Virus record (IMG/VR): IMGVR_UViG_3300030019_000031
From: an uncultured virus (IMG/VR IMGVR_UViG_3300030019_000031)
Taxonomy: Duplodnaviria; Heunggongvirae; Uroviricota; Caudoviricetes
Direction: 5' to 3' (one strand)
DNA length: 20,000 bases
A program made the position numbers and the translations under genes. Of the stretch, positions 16,919-20,000 are shown piece after piece. Each line of letters begins with the position of its first letter. The first letter of the stretch is position 1. The notes under the pieces were generated by a model. The model saw only the letters and a program-made list of their open reading frames with translations, was not told where the DNA came from and made no database searches.

Positions 16919-16948
16919 TTATAAATTCATATAAAATGGAGCATAATA
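16919..16948 (+). promoter_or_regulatory. Putative forespore sigmaG-like promoter
   Basis: TTATA-N18-CATAATA versus the B. subtilis sigmaG consensus GnATA-N17/18-CATnnTA; upstream of the SASP gene. Confidence 0.5.
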
Positions 16949-17015
16949 TAATAGAGCATAAAATCTACTATAAACCAATTTACCGTAGGTTAAATTACAT
17001 GCTCTGGAGGTTATT

Positions 17016-17486
17016 ATGCCAAGACACGGAGGCAAACACATTGTCCTAGTTAGAGGCGCCGAGGAAGCAATGCGTGCGTTCAAGATGGAAATTGCAGGCG
17101 ACTTAGGTTTAGCGAGTAAGTTAGGTGAAGGCGACGAAGCCTTTAGAAACTTCTCAACTGTCGAAGTAGGAACTATAGGCGGCGAGATGGTTCGTAGACT
17201 TCAAGCACTCGGAGAATACACCGTAAAGACAAGATACGACAATCACGAGCAGCGTTTATTACCTGACAACATGATGCCTGCTTCAAGCTCATTGAGAGAC
17301 GTCAGCAATAACGGAAACGTTCAACACAATGGTACGCTAGGCGGAAGCGAGACTCCTAATAATCACTCTATCACAGAGAATCACTCTATCACAGAGATGA
17401 ACGCTCAAGCTAACACAAGTAACATGCCGAATAGTAATGCCGTCGACAGCAAAGCTAACACACAGCAGTTTAACTTAGCTAAGTAG
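17016..17486 (+). CDS. Alpha/beta-type small acid-soluble spore protein (SASP) with a long N/S/Q-rich C-terminal extension (156 aa)
   Basis: LVRGAEEAMRAFKMEIAGDLGL and GTIGGEMVRRL match both SASP signature regions; GGAGG RBS. Confidence 0.9.
   Translation: MPRHGGKHIVLVRGAEEAMRAFKMEIAGDLGLASKLGEGDEAFRNFSTVEVGTIGGEMVRRLQALGEYTVKTRYDNHEQRLLPDNMMPASSSLRDVSNNGNVQHNGTLGGSETPNNHSITENHSITEMNAQANTSNMPNSNAVDSKANTQQFNLAK
17361..17396 (+). repeat. Perfect 18-bp tandem duplication in the SASP extension (NHSITE x2)
   Basis: AATCACTCTATCACAGAG occurs twice in tandem. Confidence 0.9.
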
Positions 17487-17497
17487 TTTAGAAACGG

Positions 17498-17554
17498 AAA
17501 GGCTCTTCTCGCGGTGACTTATCGTTATCGTTATCGTTGAGAAGAGCCTTTTAT
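17498..17554 (+). terminator. Intrinsic terminator of the SASP gene
   Basis: 13-bp perfect arms AAAGGCTCTTCTC/GAGAAGAGCCTTT; the interior contains (TTATCG)x3. Confidence 0.85.
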
Positions 17555-17664
17555 CTACATAAAGAGTGTGTTACAGTTTAATCGACTAAAACATCCTAGT
17601 TTCCTGGAGTAAACTGATAATAGTATGTAAAGTAGCTAAGAGGTTGGAAGAAAATTACAGGTTT

Positions 17665-17699
17665 CTTGAGTTAAAAGACTCGGGTTTTTATTTTATTTT
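17665..17699 (+). terminator. Second terminator-like hairpin
   Basis: CTTGAGTT-AAAA-GACTCGGG followed by a long T tract. Confidence 0.6.
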
Positions 17700-17783
17700 G
17701 CACATCTGCACGACACTATCCCTAGCTAAATCCCTATGGAGAGAGGCTAGGAGAGAGACGAATTTAGCTTAGAAAATCACATG

Positions 17784-18197
17784 TCTCTTAGAGTTCGTGT
17801 TATTGTGGTAGGGAAATAGTGCATATTTATTCAACTTAACTGTATATAGAATATTCTTGTATTCCTAGACATAGGGTATACTCATAACCACGGAAGGGAG
17901 GATAGGATAAATAGGTTTCTATATGTGGCTATAAAGATAGGAGATAATGAAGGAGATAAAAATAATAGGAGACAATAGACTAGGTCGAAAAATATATTTA
18001 TTTATTATATATATATAAAACAACTTCTGCCCTTCTGCCCGATTGCCCTACCACTCCTACACGAAACATAAGAGAAGCACGCGGAGCCACAGATAATACT
18101 GGCATCTCTCCGCCGGATACACTAGGGCTCTCCGGATTTTCACTGCCCGAGCAAATCCCTACCACTCAAACACGAAATCTAAGAGAAGCACGGGGAG
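17784..18197. repeat. Three-copy repeat CCCTACCAC-N4-ACACGAA-N3-TAAGAGA: one inverted (17784-17813) and two direct (18046-18086, 18157-18197), flanking a 33-bp pure A/T tract
   Basis: Direct copies are 36/41 identical; the inverted copy is 26/30 identical to the second direct copy; A/T tract at 17988-18020. Confidence 0.85.
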
Positions 18198-18342
18198 ACA
18201 ATGCCTAGGGATTTCGTGTCTCCAAATAGACTAGGACGCGTATTTATTCGTGTCAATTAAAGTTTAAAAGACCCCATAAAACCCGTGAATTTCGCCTCTC
18301 TCCAAGGCACCTTTCGCTCAAGGCACATTTTGAGTCAATTCG

Positions 18343-18512
18343 ACACACTGACGTCTGCCTTCGGGGAATACTAAGCGACATTATGGTCCGTGCCGTCAAA
18401 TTAGCGATCGTTTTATAGGGCAACCTAATTGCAAGACATAATTTGCAAGAGAGTAACACACTGACGGAAACAGGGCGACGGTCCAATCGATGATCGTTTT
18501 ATAGGGCAGCCT
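18343..18512. repeat. Two-unit block repeat ACACACTGACG..GCGAC..GGTCC..GATCGTTTTATAGGGCARCCT
   Basis: Units 18343-18426 and 18456-18512 share four colinear blocks with variable spacers. Confidence 0.8.
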
Positions 18513-18598
18513 TTAAAGAAGTTAACTCTTCAATCTACTGGTAGGCAGAGATGGGCCCGCGTTCTCGGTGGCGGGTAGCCCTCGTGGGCATTGCTAGG

Positions 18599-18631
18599 TA
18601 AAAGAATAGCCTGAACTATTGTCCAGGCCTA
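18599..18631 (-). terminator. Intrinsic terminator of the right-hand leftward operon
   Basis: Minus strand GCCTGGAC-AATA-GTTCAGGC followed by TATTCTTTT, just after the stop at 18637. Confidence 0.75.
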
Positions 18632-18636
18632 TCTTG

Positions 18637-18789
18637 TTAGATGTTAAACATGCGCTTAGCCTTTAAGGACGGGACGCTGATTACCTTGTGTCCACATGAT
18701 CTCCACGCGACTGCCTGTTTGATTACACAAATCATATCGTCCCCTACCATCATGACCCCCGTAGTTTCGTTCTTTATCCCCCAAATCAT
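18637..18789 (-). CDS. Hypothetical protein (50 aa, MIWGIKNETTG...; not in ORF track)
   Basis: AAGGAGGAG RBS; followed by a terminator. Confidence 0.7.
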   Translation of the reverse strand: MIWGIKNETTGVMMVGDDMICVIKQAVAWRSCGHKVISVPSLKAKRMFNI

Positions 18790-18803
18790 TGTGACTCCTC
18801 CTT

Positions 18804-18968
18804 CTATCTTACTGATGTGATCAAACCCAGGTGCATACGCTTTGCGCCGTGGTTACGATCCTTCGACAATGTGACGTTCTTGATGCGTATTACATTTGTA
18901 CCGAGATAGTCTCCTAACCTGAAATCCCCTTTCGGGACCCTGATTGAGTGCCAAATAATAATCCTCAT
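18804..18968 (-). CDS. Hypothetical basic protein (54 aa, MRIIIWHSIRVPKG...; not in ORF track)
   Basis: ATGA coupling with the upstream gene; AAGGAGG RBS. Confidence 0.7.
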   Translation of the reverse strand: MRIIIWHSIRVPKGDFRLGDYLGTNVIRIKNVTLSKDRNHGAKRMHLGLITSVR

Positions 18969-19408
18969 TCCGCATCCTCCTTATTAATTAACAACTCAGT
19001 TTCCCATTCCTCGAGCATATCTAGGTCGCTTTGCATGGTATGATTGTGGATCATGCGCCCTTCAATGTTACCCAACATATACATCGTATCCAAGACCGAT
19101 TGGAATTCCTTTTTAGTGAAGAGTTGATACTCATCCCTGGCGAGGTGTGTGAGAATAAGTCCGTGATAATCAGCCAGGACGTTGAGGTAATGGACTTGTT
19201 GATCAGGATCGAGACACACGAACTTACTTTTGGCGTAGTTATTGTACTCTTCCTGCAGGCTATTGAGGATTACTTGTTCCTCATTCGCCTGCCTTGTTAA
19301 TGTCTCTTTTTCTGCCCCCGTCTCATCCTTTGACATGTCGACTGTGGCATCATGTTCGGCTTCCATAGCGGTAATGATAAGGGCTAAATCGTTCATACTC
19401 AAGTACAT
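18965..19408 (-). CDS. Hypothetical acidic protein (147 aa)
   Basis: GGGGAGG RBS; adjacent to the upstream stop. Confidence 0.8.
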   Translation of the reverse strand: MYLSMNDLALIITAMEAEHDATVDMSKDETGAEKETLTRQANEEQVILNSLQEEYNNYAKSKFVCLDPDQQVHYLNVLADYHGLILTHLARDEYQLFTKKEFQSVLDTMYMLGNIEGRMIHNHTMQSDLDMLEEWETELLINKEDAE

Positions 19409-19409
19409 A

Positions 19410-19868
19410 CTATTCAGCCTCCCCTTCTAGCACTTCTGGCTCGGCGACGTTGTCTGCCGCCTTCTTAAGCTCTACTGCTTTATCCCAGGCTGCTTTGAAT
19501 ATTGGGTTATCGAGTAGCTCTACTACTTGTGTGTCCCCATAACTATACGCTGATAGGCAGCCATCGGCGAAGTAGTGTTCATCGCGTGTCACTAGGATTG
19601 CCATGGCGTCGGGATTACTTACTGCGTATTTGACCACTGCCTTGAGGGTGTAGTCTTGTAATATGCTGGTGAAGGAGTTAGTTATCACTACACGCGGTCT
19701 GTCTTGGTAATCTGTGTCTATCGCTATGGTTATGCCTGCTATGATCTTCTCTCTGAGATTCTCCCCCTCGGAACCCATCAGTGTTAACATCCTGTAATCC
19801 TTCATTGGGATTGTTACCTTAGCCTGTGACTCCAGAACCTCTACCTTGCTGCCTAATACGTTTTTCAT
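19410..19868 (-). CDS. Hypothetical protein (152 aa)
   Basis: AGGAGG RBS. Confidence 0.8.
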   Translation of the reverse strand: MKNVLGSKVEVLESQAKVTIPMKDYRMLTLMGSEGENLREKIIAGITIAIDTDYQDRPRVVITNSFTSILQDYTLKAVVKYAVSNPDAMAILVTRDEHYFADGCLSAYSYGDTQVVELLDNPIFKAAWDKAVELKKAADNVAEPEVLEGEAE

Positions 19869-19903
19869 TATATAGTCCTCCTAATGTTTTTTTTTTATTG
19901 GGT

Positions 19904-19933
19904 AAGAAGTGTGGCTTACGCCACGACTTTCTT
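19904..19933 (-). terminator. Hairpin with a GNRA-type loop overlapping a stop codon (terminator or processing site)
   Basis: Minus strand AAGAAAGTCGTGGC-GTAA-GCCACACTTCTT. Confidence 0.5.
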
Positions 19934-20000
19934 ATTGGATCTGTGCTTTGTCTCGACAACTGGTGTTGCTGTATCAACCACTGCGGCTGCATCGGCGGCG
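19916..20000 (-). CDS. 3' end of a gene truncated by the window edge (...AADAAAVVDTATPVVETKHRSNKKVVA*)
   Basis: Open frame from the window end to TAA at 19918-19916; Ala/Val/Asp-rich. Confidence 0.55.
   Translation of the reverse strand, partial: AADAAAVVDTATPVVETKHRSNKKVVA

Noticed and set aside
16743..16934. 63-aa plus-strand ORF
   Set aside because: No RBS, starts right after a terminator and runs into the SASP promoter
18046..18197. CRISPR mini-array
   Set aside because: Only two direct copies (41 bp, 5 mismatches) with a 70-bp spacer, a third copy is inverted, and no cas genes are present
18253..18486. 77-aa minus-strand ORF
   Set aside because: No RBS, lies downstream of a terminator and spans the non-coding repeats
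18456..18512. Hammerhead ribozyme (CTGA..GAAAC)
   Set aside because: No CUGAnGA core and no stem II between CTGA and GAAA
136..19430. Other short antisense or alternative-frame ORFs in the track (e.g. 136..339, 635..820, 3190..3393, 4730..5059, 8607..8930, 10870..11160, 15472..15849, 19031..19300)
   Set aside because: They overlap better-supported genes and lack an RBS or recognisable motifs
1..20000. tRNA, rRNA, integrase, transposase, intron/intein or alternative genetic code
   Set aside because: None recognised by eye; all three stop codons end well-supported genes, so the fused ORFs are not explained by recoding

Overview
This window looks like the DNA-metabolism and regulatory part of a tailed phage (or prophage) of a spore-forming Firmicute. 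The basis is Firmicute-style AGGAGG/GGAGG ribosome binding sites, dense translationally coupled small ORFs and low GC; no structural or lysis-cassette genes are recognisable. A leftward block (about 1-6790) encodes Cys-rich small proteins, ThyX, a lipoprotein-anchored lytic transglycosylase, a sigma-70-family factor fused in frame to a RuvC-like nuclease, an HNH endonuclease and a triple-HTH acidic protein. A rightward block (7099-16672) encodes an RHH protein, an ATP-dependent DNA ligase, a Prim-Pol/D5-SF3 primase-helicase and many hypothetical proteins, followed by a separately transcribed alpha/beta-type SASP with a long extension (17016-17486). A non-coding region of about 1.1 kb (17490-18630), rich in direct and inverted repeats, separates this from a convergent leftward block. 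Highlights: (1) the sporulation-sigma-like/RuvC fusion; (2) a five-copy intergenic motif CGTTAAAAAT-N14-TATWATAWTAATATA oriented with downstream genes; (3) a phage SASP behind a sigmaG-like promoter; (4) two repeat systems in the non-coding region; (5) a probable fully nested gene. All protein calls come from motif recognition by eye; no searches were run.
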